The notes: generated from the letters alone by a model not told the origin. DNA of 61,977 nucleotides from Candidatus Harrisonbacteria bacterium CG10_big_fil_rev_8_21_14_0_10_49_15 (GCA_002773415.1 PFBD01000022.1:735-62711), one strand, 5' to 3'; shown: positions 33,539 to 43,119, counted from the first letter of the stretch. A program made the numbers and translations.

Positions 33539-36031
33539 ATGTTCTCCCTTTTCTCCTCCAAGCATCCGCTTCACAAAGAAGCTGAAAAAGTCATCAAGGC
33601 CGTCAACGATTTAGAACCGGAGATCCAGGCTCTTTCCGGCGACGAGCTTAAAACCGCCAGCCTGGCGCTAATGACAGAGATTCGCGCCTTACCCGAATCG
33701 GAGCGCGAACACGCCCTTAATCGCGCCCTGCCGCGCGCGTTTGCCTTTGTACGCGAAGCAGCCAAGCGTACTCTTGGTCAGCGTCACTACGACGTTCAGC
33801 TGCTGGCTGGCTACGTGCTTCACAACCGCGCCATCGCCGAGATGAAGACCGGTGAAGGCAAGACCCTCTCTTCTACTCTGCCAATCTACCTCAACGCCTT
33901 AGCCGGTAAAGGCGCGCACGTTATCACCGTCAACGAATACCTGGCCAAGCGAGACATGGTCTGGATGGGTCAGGTCTACAATGCTCTCGGCCTCTCTGTC
34001 GCCTGCCTTATCCACAACTCAGCCGTTCTCTACGACCCCGGGTACACACAGGCAAGCCCCGTACAGTCGCAAAGCGATCACGGGGCAAGCGCGGACAAAG
34101 AAAACCCGCTTGCCGAGGGCGGGTTAATAGATAAAGAACGCGATACCACTGGCGCATTTTTAGTCCAAGAAGAATTTCTGCGACCCACCAGCCGTAAAGA
34201 GGCCTATGAAACGGACATCACCTACGGCACCAATCATGAGTTTGGCTTCGACTATTTGCGCGACAATTTGCAACAAAACATCACCAACCAAGTCCAACGC
34301 GAATACCCGTTTGCCATTATTGATGAGGTAGACAGCATTTTGATAGACGAAGCGCGCACCCCGCTAATAATCGCCGCGCCGGACGAAGAGTCCAGTGAGT
34401 ATTACAAGCAGTTCTCCCGCATCGTCAAAAGTCTGGAAAAAGACGTAGACTATGTTCTTGATGAAAAAACAAAAGCCGCCGACATCACCGAGGCCGGTAT
34501 TGATAAAGTGGAAAAGCTGGCAAACGTGCCAAACATCTACGCCCCGGAGTATATCCGTCTAACCCACTATCTACAGGAAAGTCTGCGCGCCCACGGTGTT
34601 TTCCAGCTAGACAAAGATTACGTAGTCAAAGACGGCGAAGTTATTATCGTCGACCAGTTCACAGGCCGCCTTATGCACGGTCGGCGGTACAACGGTGGCT
34701 TGCACCAGGCCATTGAAGCCAAAGAGGGCGTGAAAGTCCAGCAAGAGTCGCGCACCTACGCCTCTATCTCCATTCAAAACTACTTCCGCATGTACTCCAA
34801 GCTCGCCGGTATGACCGGTACCGCCCTAACTTCGGCCGAAGAGTTTCACAAAGTTTACGGCTTAGAAGTAGTCAGCATTCCGACCAATCGGCCACTCGTC
34901 CGCAAAGACGAATCTGATCTTATTTACAAGAATAATGAAGCCAAGTACAACGCGATTATAGAAGACATCCGCGCCCGTCACGAGCACGGCCAGCCAATTC
35001 TGATAGGTACGGTCTCCATTGAAAAGAATGAAGAGCTTGGCGCCCAGCTAAAAGCCGCCGGTCTGCCACACGAGATGCTAAACGCGAAAAACAACGAGCG
35101 CGAAGGAGCCATCATCGCCCAAGCCGGCCGCCCCGGCGCCATTACGGTGGCGACCAACATGGCCGGCCGGGGCGTGGACATTATCTTGGGAGGTAACCCG
35201 ACCACAGCCGAAGCCGCCATGAAAGTCCGCGAAGCCGGCGGCCTGCACGTCATCGGCACCGAGCGGCACGAAAGCCGCCGCATCGACGACCAGCTCCGCG
35301 GCCGCAGTGGTCGCCAAGGCGACCCGGGCTCCACTCAGTTTTTCCTCTCGCTAGAAGACGATCTCGTCCGCGTCTTCGGCGGTGAGCGCATCAGCTCTAT
35401 GATGGGCAAGCTTAATCTACCCGACGACATGCCAATCCAAGCCGGCATGCTTACCAAAGCCATTGAAAACGCGCAAAAGCGCGTGGAAGGCCGCAACTTC
35501 GACTCGCGCAAACACATGCTAGAGTACGACGACGTGCTGAACAAACAGCGCCAAGCCATCTACCGCCGCCGCCAGCGCATGTTAGAGGCTGCCAGCCCCG
35601 GTCAAATTATCGCCGGCTTAGACATGCTTTGGATGACGCATTTGGAAGACATGTCTGCTCTGCAAGACTCTGTCCGTTTGCGCGCCGTCGGCCAAAAAGA
35701 TCCGCTCGTAGAGTACCGCCGCGAAGGCCATCTGATCTTTAAGCAGATGGAAGTAAGCTTTGAAGAGATGAAGACTCGCTATGAAGAGCAACTCGCCAAG
35801 CATAACGCCGCGCACGCCACGCAAAGTGATTCCCCCTTTTCTAAAGGGGGTGCCCCGCAGGGGCGGGGGATTTCTACAACCTCTCCAATAAAACAGCACC
35901 CGGAAATTTTAGAAACCCCCCTTGCCCAAGGTGACGCCCCCGCCGCCCCCAAAAAAGAACCCGGCCGCAACGAACCCTGCCCCTGCGGCAGCGGTAAGAA
36001 ATATAAGAAGTGCCACGGGGCCAATACTTAA
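33539..36031 (+). CDS. secA: Preprotein translocase ATPase SecA
   Basis: MKTGEGKTL, TYGTNHEFGFDYLRDN, MAGRGVDI and a C-terminal CPCGSGKKYKKCHG zinc site. Contains in-frame hairpin-repeat insertions. Confidence 0.95.
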   Translation: MFSLFSSKHPLHKEAEKVIKAVNDLEPEIQALSGDELKTASLALMTEIRALPESEREHALNRALPRAFAFVREAAKRTLGQRHYDVQLLAGYVLHNRAIAEMKTGEGKTLSSTLPIYLNALAGKGAHVITVNEYLAKRDMVWMGQVYNALGLSVACLIHNSAVLYDPGYTQASPVQSQSDHGASADKENPLAEGGLIDKERDTTGAFLVQEEFLRPTSRKEAYETDITYGTNHEFGFDYLRDNLQQNITNQVQREYPFAIIDEVDSILIDEARTPLIIAAPDEESSEYYKQFSRIVKSLEKDVDYVLDEKTKAADITEAGIDKVEKLANVPNIYAPEYIRLTHYLQESLRAHGVFQLDKDYVVKDGEVIIVDQFTGRLMHGRRYNGGLHQAIEAKEGVKVQQESRTYASISIQNYFRMYSKLAGMTGTALTSAEEFHKVYGLEVVSIPTNRPLVRKDESDLIYKNNEAKYNAIIEDIRARHEHGQPILIGTVSIEKNEELGAQLKAAGLPHEMLNAKNNEREGAIIAQAGRPGAITVATNMAGRGVDIILGGNPTTAEAAMKVREAGGLHVIGTERHESRRIDDQLRGRSGRQGDPGSTQFFLSLEDDLVRVFGGERISSMMGKLNLPDDMPIQAGMLTKAIENAQKRVEGRNFDSRKHMLEYDDVLNKQRQAIYRRRQRMLEAASPGQIIAGLDMLWMTHLEDMSALQDSVRLRAVGQKDPLVEYRREGHLIFKQMEVSFEEMKTRYEEQLAKHNAAHATQSDSPFSKGGAPQGRGISTTSPIKQHPEILETPLAQGDAPAAPKKEPGRNEPCPCGSGKKYKKCHGANT

Positions 36032-36038
36032 AAGTAGT

Positions 36039-36539
36039 ATGAAGCAGCTCACACTTTGCTTAATCCACGAGCATTTACCCGACAATGGGGCGGGCCCCAG
36101 AGTTTTACTCGGTATGAAAAAACGCGGCTTTGGCGAAGGTCGCTGGAACGGCTTTGGCGGCAAGGTGGACGACGGCGAGACTATTGAAGAAGCGGCACTC
36201 CGCGAGATCCGCGAAGAGTGCGGCATTGAAGCCACCGAAATCGATAAGCGGGGAGTCCTTATTTTTAACTTCCAAGACGACACCAAAATAGGCGAAGTCC
36301 ACGTCTTTCACATCACTAAATACACCGGCGAGCCGATTGAGAGCGAGGAGATGCGGCCGCAGTGGTTCACTATCGACGAGATCCCATTTTCGCAAATGTG
36401 GCCAGACGACGAGCACTGGCTACCACTATTTCTAGCCGGTAAAAAATTCCGCGGCCGCTTTTTGTTTGATAAGCCCTCCACCAACGACTACACCAGCCAA
36501 ATTTTAGAAAAAGAACTCATAGAAGTAGAGAAGTTATAA
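36039..36539 (+). CDS. NUDIX hydrolase (MutT/MTH1-like)
   Basis: ATG at 36039 (MKQLTLCLIHE...); the track ORF from 35922 overlaps secA. Nudix box GGKVDDGETIEEAALREIREECGI. Confidence 0.85.
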   Translation: MKQLTLCLIHEHLPDNGAGPRVLLGMKKRGFGEGRWNGFGGKVDDGETIEEAALREIREECGIEATEIDKRGVLIFNFQDDTKIGEVHVFHITKYTGEPIESEEMRPQWFTIDEIPFSQMWPDDEHWLPLFLAGKKFRGRFLFDKPSTNDYTSQILEKELIEVEKL

Positions 36540-36576
36540 CAACACCCTTACATACTGGAGTATGTCAGTATGTTGT
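36537..36576. repeat. 40-nt stop-codon-containing hairpin module, copy 1
   Basis: taacaacacccttacatactggagtatgtcagtatgttgt, identical to 38660-38699. Inner palindrome acatact-gg-agtatgt. Confidence 0.9.
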
Positions 36577-36589
36577 ATATAATAAAAAC

Positions 36590-38209
36590 ATGAAGATATC
36601 GCTAACGCTTTCCAGTTTTTCCTATTCCGGCTGGTCTATCGGACGGAATATCCGCGTGGAAGCGGAGGCACAAGGGAAGAGTGTGGTGTGGGAAAAGCAA
36701 ACACGGCCTTTTTCTTTTACGCGTCTAGATATTCCTATAGATATTTTTGAAGTAAATGAGAGCCTAGAGATTCCAGTTAAAATTACGATTACTGAAAAAG
36801 ATCGTGTATTTCCGGATCGCGGAGAGCAACTTTTAACAATATCCGTACCGGAGAATACCCAATTACCAAGGACCTATACCGCGACGATTGAGGTTTCGGA
36901 GAGGCGGTTTGTTTTTTGGAAGACAAAGGCGGTGTTTCATGTTGGCATTGATGTGCGCGCAATTCCCGAAGATTCGCCTAAGCTGCGAGCATATGAATCG
37001 TACAATGGCGAAGATTATAATCGTTACGACGAGGTGATTAGAGAAGTAGTGGCTTACTGGAACGATGAATTTACCCGCCTTACGGAGGCCCCCATTGTCC
37101 CACTTGATCCAAGCCTGGTCAAAGCAATAGCGTATCAAGAATCGCGCGTTGGGAATCACACAAAAAATAATGGTAAGATCGATATTCTGCAGGTTGGCAA
37201 TGCGGGCGATCCGGCGCTTACTACTCTGCGTGGTGGGGAGCGGGAATATTGGGTTCATGACGGCAATTTAGTTCAATTGAAATACCCGAGTGCTTCGGTT
37301 GAATCTGTGCGCGACAGTATATTCTGGGGTGTTCGTTGGCTATACCATAAGGCTCACGAAAACGTAAAAAACCCAGACGGTAGCTGGAAAACGAAGTGGA
37401 AATCGTGGCAAGAAGCTGTGCATGGATACGGTCCCGGAGTTGATGAATATTCACAAAATGTATGGAATATCTATACAAAAGGTATTGATGGGCGTGATAA
37501 AAATACAATAAGACTTTGGTCATTTACCGGGTTACTCATATTGATTTTAACGCCCTTGCTTTGGAGTGGCTTTAGCGATACGGACATTCAAAAAGAATTT
37601 GTGAAAAATTTTGTCTCAAGTCCGGCAGAGCATTGGGTCAGTATTGATGTTACTCGGCACCCAGAGAATAATGCGCTCTTTGCTGTAGTTAAAAACGACA
37701 GCGATAACTGGTTTGAAGAGATGGCTATAGGAAGACTAGAAAAAGGCAAGATTACCTGGTTTCCCGATTTGCCTGTTCATGATGTAGCGAACGGCATCCT
37801 TTCGGTGCGGTGGCTGAATTTAAAAGGGTTTGGGGAGCCGATTCTTGAAGTTTTGAGCCAGACACATATGGGGAATGGCACCCTCGGTCTTTATCGCGTA
37901 GTGGAAAACGAGCTGGTTCCGCTCGCACGTATATCGGCGGTGGACAATTACCGCGAAAATATATTCGACCCATCAGGATATCCACAATATGGCAGTGGCT
38001 ACTATTCCTGTAGTTCCATTTATACAGACGGAAAGCTTGATGCTGTATATCGGGATGAAACCGGCGATGGCATTGACGACGCAGTCCTTACCGGCATAAG
38101 GCAAACATTTTGCGAAAAAAATTGGGATGATGCTCCTGTGCTGGTGGATGAACAGCCGATTAGAGAGGTATATGAATTGACTGACCTAGAAAAAGAATTA
38201 ACGAAGTAG
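36590..38209 (+). CDS. Hypothetical protein with one TM segment; possible lysozyme-like/SLT motif
   Basis: 539 aa. AIAYQESRVG...IDILQVGN weakly recalls the lytic transglycosylase E-S...Q motif. TM segment IRLWSFTGLLILILTPLLW. TATAAT at 36578-36583 lies 6 nt before the ATG. Confidence 0.6.
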   Translation: MKISLTLSSFSYSGWSIGRNIRVEAEAQGKSVVWEKQTRPFSFTRLDIPIDIFEVNESLEIPVKITITEKDRVFPDRGEQLLTISVPENTQLPRTYTATIEVSERRFVFWKTKAVFHVGIDVRAIPEDSPKLRAYESYNGEDYNRYDEVIREVVAYWNDEFTRLTEAPIVPLDPSLVKAIAYQESRVGNHTKNNGKIDILQVGNAGDPALTTLRGGEREYWVHDGNLVQLKYPSASVESVRDSIFWGVRWLYHKAHENVKNPDGSWKTKWKSWQEAVHGYGPGVDEYSQNVWNIYTKGIDGRDKNTIRLWSFTGLLILILTPLLWSGFSDTDIQKEFVKNFVSSPAEHWVSIDVTRHPENNALFAVVKNDSDNWFEEMAIGRLEKGKITWFPDLPVHDVANGILSVRWLNLKGFGEPILEVLSQTHMGNGTLGLYRVVENELVPLARISAVDNYRENIFDPSGYPQYGSGYYSCSSIYTDGKLDAVYRDETGDGIDDAVLTGIRQTFCEKNWDDAPVLVDEQPIREVYELTDLEKELTK

Positions 38210-38227
38210 AGGAGGTATAATTAAACC

Positions 38228-38662
38228 ATGGCTGAACGATTTAAAATAATCCCATCTGTCTATCTCATCCTTGACCAGGACGGTAAGACACTGCTGGCAC
38301 AGCGTTTCAATACCGGTTTTGAGGACGGCAAGTACGGTCTAGTATCTGGACATGCTGAAGAAAAGGAAGCATTTCGACAAGCGCTAGTTCGCGAAGTTAA
38401 AGAAGAGGCTGGGATTCAGTTGAGGGAGAACGATATCAAGCATGTGCTTACCATGCACCGCGATTGTGGTGACCATGAGAGAGCTGACTTTTTCTTCACC
38501 GCCTCCGCATGGCAAGGCGAGATTAAAAATATGGAGCCAAGCAAATGCGATGATCTTTCGTGGTTTGCCCCGGACGCCCTCCCCGAGAATACTATCCCTT
38601 ACATCCGCCACGCGATTGAGTGCTACCAAAAAGGAATCACCTACACCGAATTCTCCTGGTAA
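38228..38662 (+). CDS. NUDIX hydrolase
   Basis: Nudix box GLVSGHAEEKEAFRQALVREVKEEAGI. Confidence 0.85.
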   Translation: MAERFKIIPSVYLILDQDGKTLLAQRFNTGFEDGKYGLVSGHAEEKEAFRQALVREVKEEAGIQLRENDIKHVLTMHRDCGDHERADFFFTASAWQGEIKNMEPSKCDDLSWFAPDALPENTIPYIRHAIECYQKGITYTEFSW

Positions 38663-38699
38663 CAACACCCTTACATACTGGAGTATGTCAGTATGTTGT
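38660..38699. repeat. 40-nt stop-codon-containing hairpin module, copy 2
   Basis: Identical to 36537-36576. A diverged third copy lies at about 39485-39528. Confidence 0.9.
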
Positions 38700-38713
38700 G
38701 TTGACATAAAAGC

Positions 38714-39487
38714 ATGGAAAAAATAGCTATCAAAAATCGAAACGGCAAGAAAGTAGCTGTTCTGCTTGAGCAGGCTGAAGACCAGCAAGGGTTGGCTTTT
38801 GTGATGCACGGGCTTAGCGGTGTAAAAGAGCAGCCGCATATTCAGGCCTTTGCCGAAGCGTTTTTGGAAAATGGCTTTACGGTGGTCCGCTTTGATACGA
38901 CGAATACTTTTGGTGAAAGCGACGGCCAATACGAAGATGCCACGACCACAAACTATTACGAAGATTTGGAAGGCGTTATCAACTGGGCAAAGAGTCAGTC
39001 CTGGTACCAAGAGCCTTTTTGGCTCGCCGGTCATAGCATGGGTGGCATCTGTACAGCACTTTATGCTGAAAATCATCCGAAGAAAGTCGCCGGCCTAGCA
39101 CCTATTTCTACGGTTGTTTCTGGCGAGCTAAGTCGTCAGGCTCGTGGCCCTGAAAACTGGCAGAAGTGGCAGGAGACTGGTTGGCTAGAGGAGCCGCGTA
39201 CCGGCCTTCCCGGGCAGATGAAGCGACTAAAGTGGTCGCACGCTGAGGATAGGCTGAAGTACGATCTTCTGCCACAAGCTAAAAATCTCACCATGCCCAT
39301 CCTCTTTATCGTCGGCGAAGAAGATGAAAGCACGCCACCACAACACCAGCAGATACTTTTTGACGCCATCGCGCATGATCGCAAAGAGCTCCACATTATC
39401 AAAGACGCCCCGCACACTTTCCGCACCCCCGAGCATCTTCAAGAAATAAAACAGATTATGATAAACTGGATAAAAAAGTATCAATAA
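38714..39487 (+). CDS. Alpha/beta hydrolase
   Basis: GHSMGG nucleophile elbow; 257 aa. Confidence 0.8.
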   Translation: MEKIAIKNRNGKKVAVLLEQAEDQQGLAFVMHGLSGVKEQPHIQAFAEAFLENGFTVVRFDTTNTFGESDGQYEDATTTNYYEDLEGVINWAKSQSWYQEPFWLAGHSMGGICTALYAENHPKKVAGLAPISTVVSGELSRQARGPENWQKWQETGWLEEPRTGLPGQMKRLKWSHAEDRLKYDLLPQAKNLTMPILFIVGEEDESTPPQHQQILFDAIAHDRKELHIIKDAPHTFRTPEHLQEIKQIMINWIKKYQ

Positions 39488-39531
39488 TAACACCCTTGCA
39501 TACTTGAGAGTTTAAGGGTGTTGTACAGAGT

Positions 39532-39756
39532 ATGGAGATTAAAGTTGGGACATATAAGCACTACAAAGGAGATGAAGTGGAGGTCTTCGGAGTCGCATTG
39601 CATAGCGAGACGCTGGAGGAGCTTGTTCTGTATCGCCACACGACCGGTGATAAAAAGGCTGAGCAACACTATTGGGTCCGCCCGAAAGCTATGTTTCTAG
39701 AAACCGTTCAAAAAGATGGTAAAACAATGCCCCGCTTTGAGTATATGGAAGAATAA
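39532..39756 (+). CDS. DUF1653-like small protein
   Basis: YKHYKGDEVEVFGVALHSETLEELVLYRH...WVRPKAMF pattern. Confidence 0.7.
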   Translation: MEIKVGTYKHYKGDEVEVFGVALHSETLEELVLYRHTTGDKKAEQHYWVRPKAMFLETVQKDGKTMPRFEYMEE

Positions 39757-39758
39757 AT

Positions 39759-40199
39759 ATGATCTACGAAGAACCGCCAAAAGAATTCAATCCGAAGTTT
39801 GAAATAGTCAGCTGCTTTGTGGAGCATGATGGCAAGATGCTTTTATTGCATCGCCACAGCCATAAGTCGCAGGGAGATCGCTGGGGTATGCCGGCTGGCA
39901 AAAAGGATCCGGGAGAAACAGTGGAGCAGGCGGCCGTACGCGAGCTTAGGGAAGAAACGGGCATAGATCTACCGTCCTCAGCACTAACGTATTTTACGAA
40001 AACACTTCATCGCTACGAAGATTTCGATTATATCTACCACATGTTCTCGGTTCGTTTGGATGAAAAACTGCCCGTTCAGTTGAGTGCTTCCGAGCACAAG
40101 GAATACCAATGGCTTACCCCGCAAGAAGTTTTGTCCATGCCAAAAGATCAAATAATGGACGATTTAGATACAGTAACAAAAATGTTTTACAATCTATAA
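39759..40199 (+). CDS. NUDIX hydrolase
   Basis: Nudix box GMPAGKKDPGETVEQAAVRELREETGI. Confidence 0.85.
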   Translation: MIYEEPPKEFNPKFEIVSCFVEHDGKMLLLHRHSHKSQGDRWGMPAGKKDPGETVEQAAVRELREETGIDLPSSALTYFTKTLHRYEDFDYIYHMFSVRLDEKLPVQLSASEHKEYQWLTPQEVLSMPKDQIMDDLDTVTKMFYNL

Positions 40200-40201
40200 C
40201 T

Positions 40202-40594
40202 ATGAAGCAAATCACAAAGCGTCTCCTGCCGGGTCAAGACCTACGGGCCGAAATAGAAAAGATTGTTAAGGAACAGGAAATAAAAGCCGGCGTCATTCTT
40301 TCCGGCGTGGGCTCTCTTACAAATCTGCGCCTACGTATGGCCGGTGCCAAGGAGGTTAAGGAATGGTCCGGTGAATTTGAAATAGTCTCCATTACCGGCA
40401 CGCTTAGTCAGGCGGATTGCCATCTGCACCTAAGCGCTTCCAATCCCGAAGGTACGGTTATCGGCGGCCACCTGAAGCAGGGGTGTATTATCGGCACTAC
40501 CTGTGAGCTGGTACTCATGATCTTTGAGGAAGTGGAGTATAAGCGGGCCCCGGATCCAAGCACCGGATATGATGAGTTAGAAGTATGCGAATAA
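40202..40594 (+). CDS. PPC (DUF296) domain protein
   Basis: ATG at 40202 (MKQITKRLLPGQDL...GVILSGVGSL...HLHLSAS...GGHL). Confidence 0.7.
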   Translation: MKQITKRLLPGQDLRAEIEKIVKEQEIKAGVILSGVGSLTNLRLRMAGAKEVKEWSGEFEIVSITGTLSQADCHLHLSASNPEGTVIGGHLKQGCIIGTTCELVLMIFEEVEYKRAPDPSTGYDELEVCE

Positions 40595-41379
40595 TCTCTC
40601 TGAACCTCTGGGCCGGCACGCTATTTAAGCCGCTCTTGGAGTACATCAAGCAAGAAGCCGAGCAAACGGATATTTTTTGTTTTCAGGAGATGGTTTTTCA
40701 CGGTCCGGCCGAGCAGGTTACTAAGCATAGCATCCGGGGTAATCTATACGCAGAGATTGCCGCCATTCTACCCGATCACAATGGATATAAACGGCTGGCA
40801 CCCGAAGGGTCGCAGTTTGGCCCATTCGGGGATCATGTAGTTCCGGAAGAGGGCGTCCGTTTAGGAATATCTATATTTGCTAAAAAAGATCTACCTCTAA
40901 AAAATACCGGAGAATTTTTCACTTATCCGGAAGACAAGAATCCATTCGCCGGCGGCAAGCCCGGTTTAATGACCGGTAACTTTCAATACATTCAACTGCC
41001 ACACTCCGCTGGACTGCTGACAGTAGGCTCTTTGCACGGCCTATGGCAACAGCATAAAAAAGACACACCAGAACGTTTGGAGCAGTCGCGCCTGTTATTG
41101 GATTTTTTCCGTCAGCAGACAGGCGCAAAAATACTTCTAGGAGACTTTAACTTAGAGCCACATACAGAAAGCATTGCCATGATTTCGCGTGAACTGCGCA
41201 ATCTTATTACTGAAAATGAAATCTTCACCACCCGCAACGCGCAATACAAAGACATGGAAAGATACAAAGACTACATCGCGGACTATGCGTTTGTTTCAAA
41301 AGACGTGAAAGTCAAAAAATTTGATCTACCGCCGATTGAAGTCTCTGACCATCTGCCGCTTGTTTTGGAGATTGAATAA
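40585..41379 (+). CDS. Endonuclease/exonuclease/phosphatase (EEP) family protein
   Basis: MRIISLNLW...GDFNLEP...SDHLPL. Confidence 0.8.
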   Translation: MRIISLNLWAGTLFKPLLEYIKQEAEQTDIFCFQEMVFHGPAEQVTKHSIRGNLYAEIAAILPDHNGYKRLAPEGSQFGPFGDHVVPEEGVRLGISIFAKKDLPLKNTGEFFTYPEDKNPFAGGKPGLMTGNFQYIQLPHSAGLLTVGSLHGLWQQHKKDTPERLEQSRLLLDFFRQQTGAKILLGDFNLEPHTESIAMISRELRNLITENEIFTTRNAQYKDMERYKDYIADYAFVSKDVKVKKFDLPPIEVSDHLPLVLEIE

Positions 41380-41384
41380 AAAAA

Positions 41385-41440
41385 GGCTCACGGAAACGGC
41401 TCACGACCGGCTATGAGCCGTTTCCATGAGCCGTTTTTTT
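41385..41440 (+). terminator. Strong Rho-independent terminator
   Basis: 19-nt arms ggctcacggaaacggctca / tgagccgtttccatgagcc (one mismatch). Followed by g plus T7 and preceded by an A-run. Confidence 0.75.
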
Positions 41441-41524
41441 GACGAAAAAGAAGTAATCAGGTAAAAATAGGGCAGTACCGGAAGCCATGGTGGTTTCCAT
41501 CACAACCGAGAACAGGAGGTCCAG

Positions 41525-42478
41525 ATGCGACTCACCGACTTTGGTCCTGTGTGGGGCGCCTCCGGCGTCCAGGGGTTCTTTGGCGAAGGGTATCGTCATC
41601 ACCGGTATCTCGGTCCGCTCAAGCCGCGGTTTAATGGCATGACGTTCGTGGCCAAGACCACCACGCTTCGCCCAAACAAGGGCAACATGCCTCTGCGGCC
41701 GGACTTCACACCCGCCGAGCTCATCCCGCGCTGTATCATCACGAAGCCAGCTCGCGGCGTGGTGCTCAACGCAGTTGGGTTGAGCGGCCCGGGCCCGGAG
41801 CGATTGCTCGAGCAGGGTGCGTGGCAAAGCGCTACTGCCCCACTCATGCTCTCCTTCATGTCGACTGCAGGAAGCGCAGACGAGCGCCTTGAGGAGCTTG
41901 ATCAGTTCACTGAGCTGCTGTTCCTCGAGCTAAGCGCCTTCCAGGCACCGGTTGCCCTGCAGTTGAACTTCTCCTGCCCGAACGTCGGGCTGGATCCGGG
42001 GGGACTGATCAGCGAGATAAGTCAGGCGCTGAGTATTGCAGCCTGGCTCGGCATCCCGCTGATTCCCAAACTGAATGCCCTGGTTCCACCAGCGGCGGCG
42101 GCCGACATCGCTCGGCACCGGCACTGCGCCGGACTGACGCTGACCAACGCCATCCCCTGGGGGGCACTGCCCGAGCGAATCAACTGGGAAGAGATCTTCG
42201 GCGCAAGCACCTCGCCCCTCCGGCTACGCGGCTTCTCATCTCCGGGCGCGCTTTCGGGTGCACCGCTTCTGCCGATATTGCTGGACTGGCTCGGCTATGG
42301 CCGGGCCCTGATCAGCAAGCCCATCAACGCCGGTGGCGGCATCTTGCACCCGCGAGACGTAGATCGGCTCAGAAGCGTCGGCGCGGACAGCATCTCTGTC
42401 GGCTCCGCCGCGATCCTCCGTCCCTGGCGGGTGAAAGCAATCATCCGCCGCGCACATCAACTCAAGAACGGGAGGTAG
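41525..42478 (+). CDS. Dihydroorotate dehydrogenase-like TIM-barrel protein (GC-rich islet C)
   Basis: LNAVGLSGPG, LNFSCPNV, IPKLN and NAGGGI...GADSISVGSAA resemble class 1 DHOD motifs. AGGAGG lies 5 nt before the ATG. Looks GC-rich by eye. Confidence 0.6.
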   Translation: MRLTDFGPVWGASGVQGFFGEGYRHHRYLGPLKPRFNGMTFVAKTTTLRPNKGNMPLRPDFTPAELIPRCIITKPARGVVLNAVGLSGPGPERLLEQGAWQSATAPLMLSFMSTAGSADERLEELDQFTELLFLELSAFQAPVALQLNFSCPNVGLDPGGLISEISQALSIAAWLGIPLIPKLNALVPPAAAADIARHRHCAGLTLTNAIPWGALPERINWEEIFGASTSPLRLRGFSSPGALSGAPLLPILLDWLGYGRALISKPINAGGGILHPRDVDRLRSVGADSISVGSAAILRPWRVKAIIRRAHQLKNGR

Positions 42479-42561
42479 CGTGGCGCCGCAGCGCGCAAGC
42501 GCAGATGGCTCCAGTCTTCGGATTGGAGCCATCATGCATTCCGGCGTGCTATCATGGGACC

Positions 42562-43119
42562 ATGAAACAAATAATCTTTGTCACTGGCAACAAGAATAAA
42601 GTTCGCGAGGCTAAGGCGATAGTCGGCCCGCAGACACAGATAGTCCAAAGAAGGCACGACCTGGACGAGATCCAGGAGTTGGATGTGAAAAAGATAGTTG
42701 CGCACAAACTCGCCCAGGCATATGCGATCTACAAACAGCCAGTAATCGTAGAAGATGTATCCTTTGAGGTAAAGCAATGGCATGGCTTTCCCGGCCCATT
42801 CATTAAGTGGATGGAGAATACTATCACTGCCAGTCAGATCCCTTCCCTGCTTAGAAGTAGGGACCGCGCCGTGGTTTATCGCGTTGTCTACGGATACTCT
42901 GACGGCAATCAGACTAAATTTTTCCAAGGTATTCAGCGGGGCAGTATTTCAAAGAAGGCAAAGGGGACAGATGGCTTTGGATTTGATAGTATCTTTATAC
43001 CCGAGGGACAGCGTAAAACCGTAGCCGAGCTTGGCCAAGAGCACAAAAACAAAACTAGCGCCCGCTTTCAGGCTCTACACAAACTAAAACGCTTCCTGTC
43101 ATCCGAATCGACCCTATGA
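42562..43119 (+). CDS. rdgB: Non-canonical purine NTP pyrophosphatase (RdgB/HAM1)
   Basis: ATG at 42562 (MKQIIFVTGNKNKVREAK...EDVSFEV...GFPGPFIKW). TATCAT at 42550-42555 lies 6 nt before the ATG. Confidence 0.85.
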   Translation: MKQIIFVTGNKNKVREAKAIVGPQTQIVQRRHDLDEIQELDVKKIVAHKLAQAYAIYKQPVIVEDVSFEVKQWHGFPGPFIKWMENTITASQIPSLLRSRDRAVVYRVVYGYSDGNQTKFFQGIQRGSISKKAKGTDGFGFDSIFIPEGQRKTVAELGQEHKNKTSARFQALHKLKRFLSSESTL

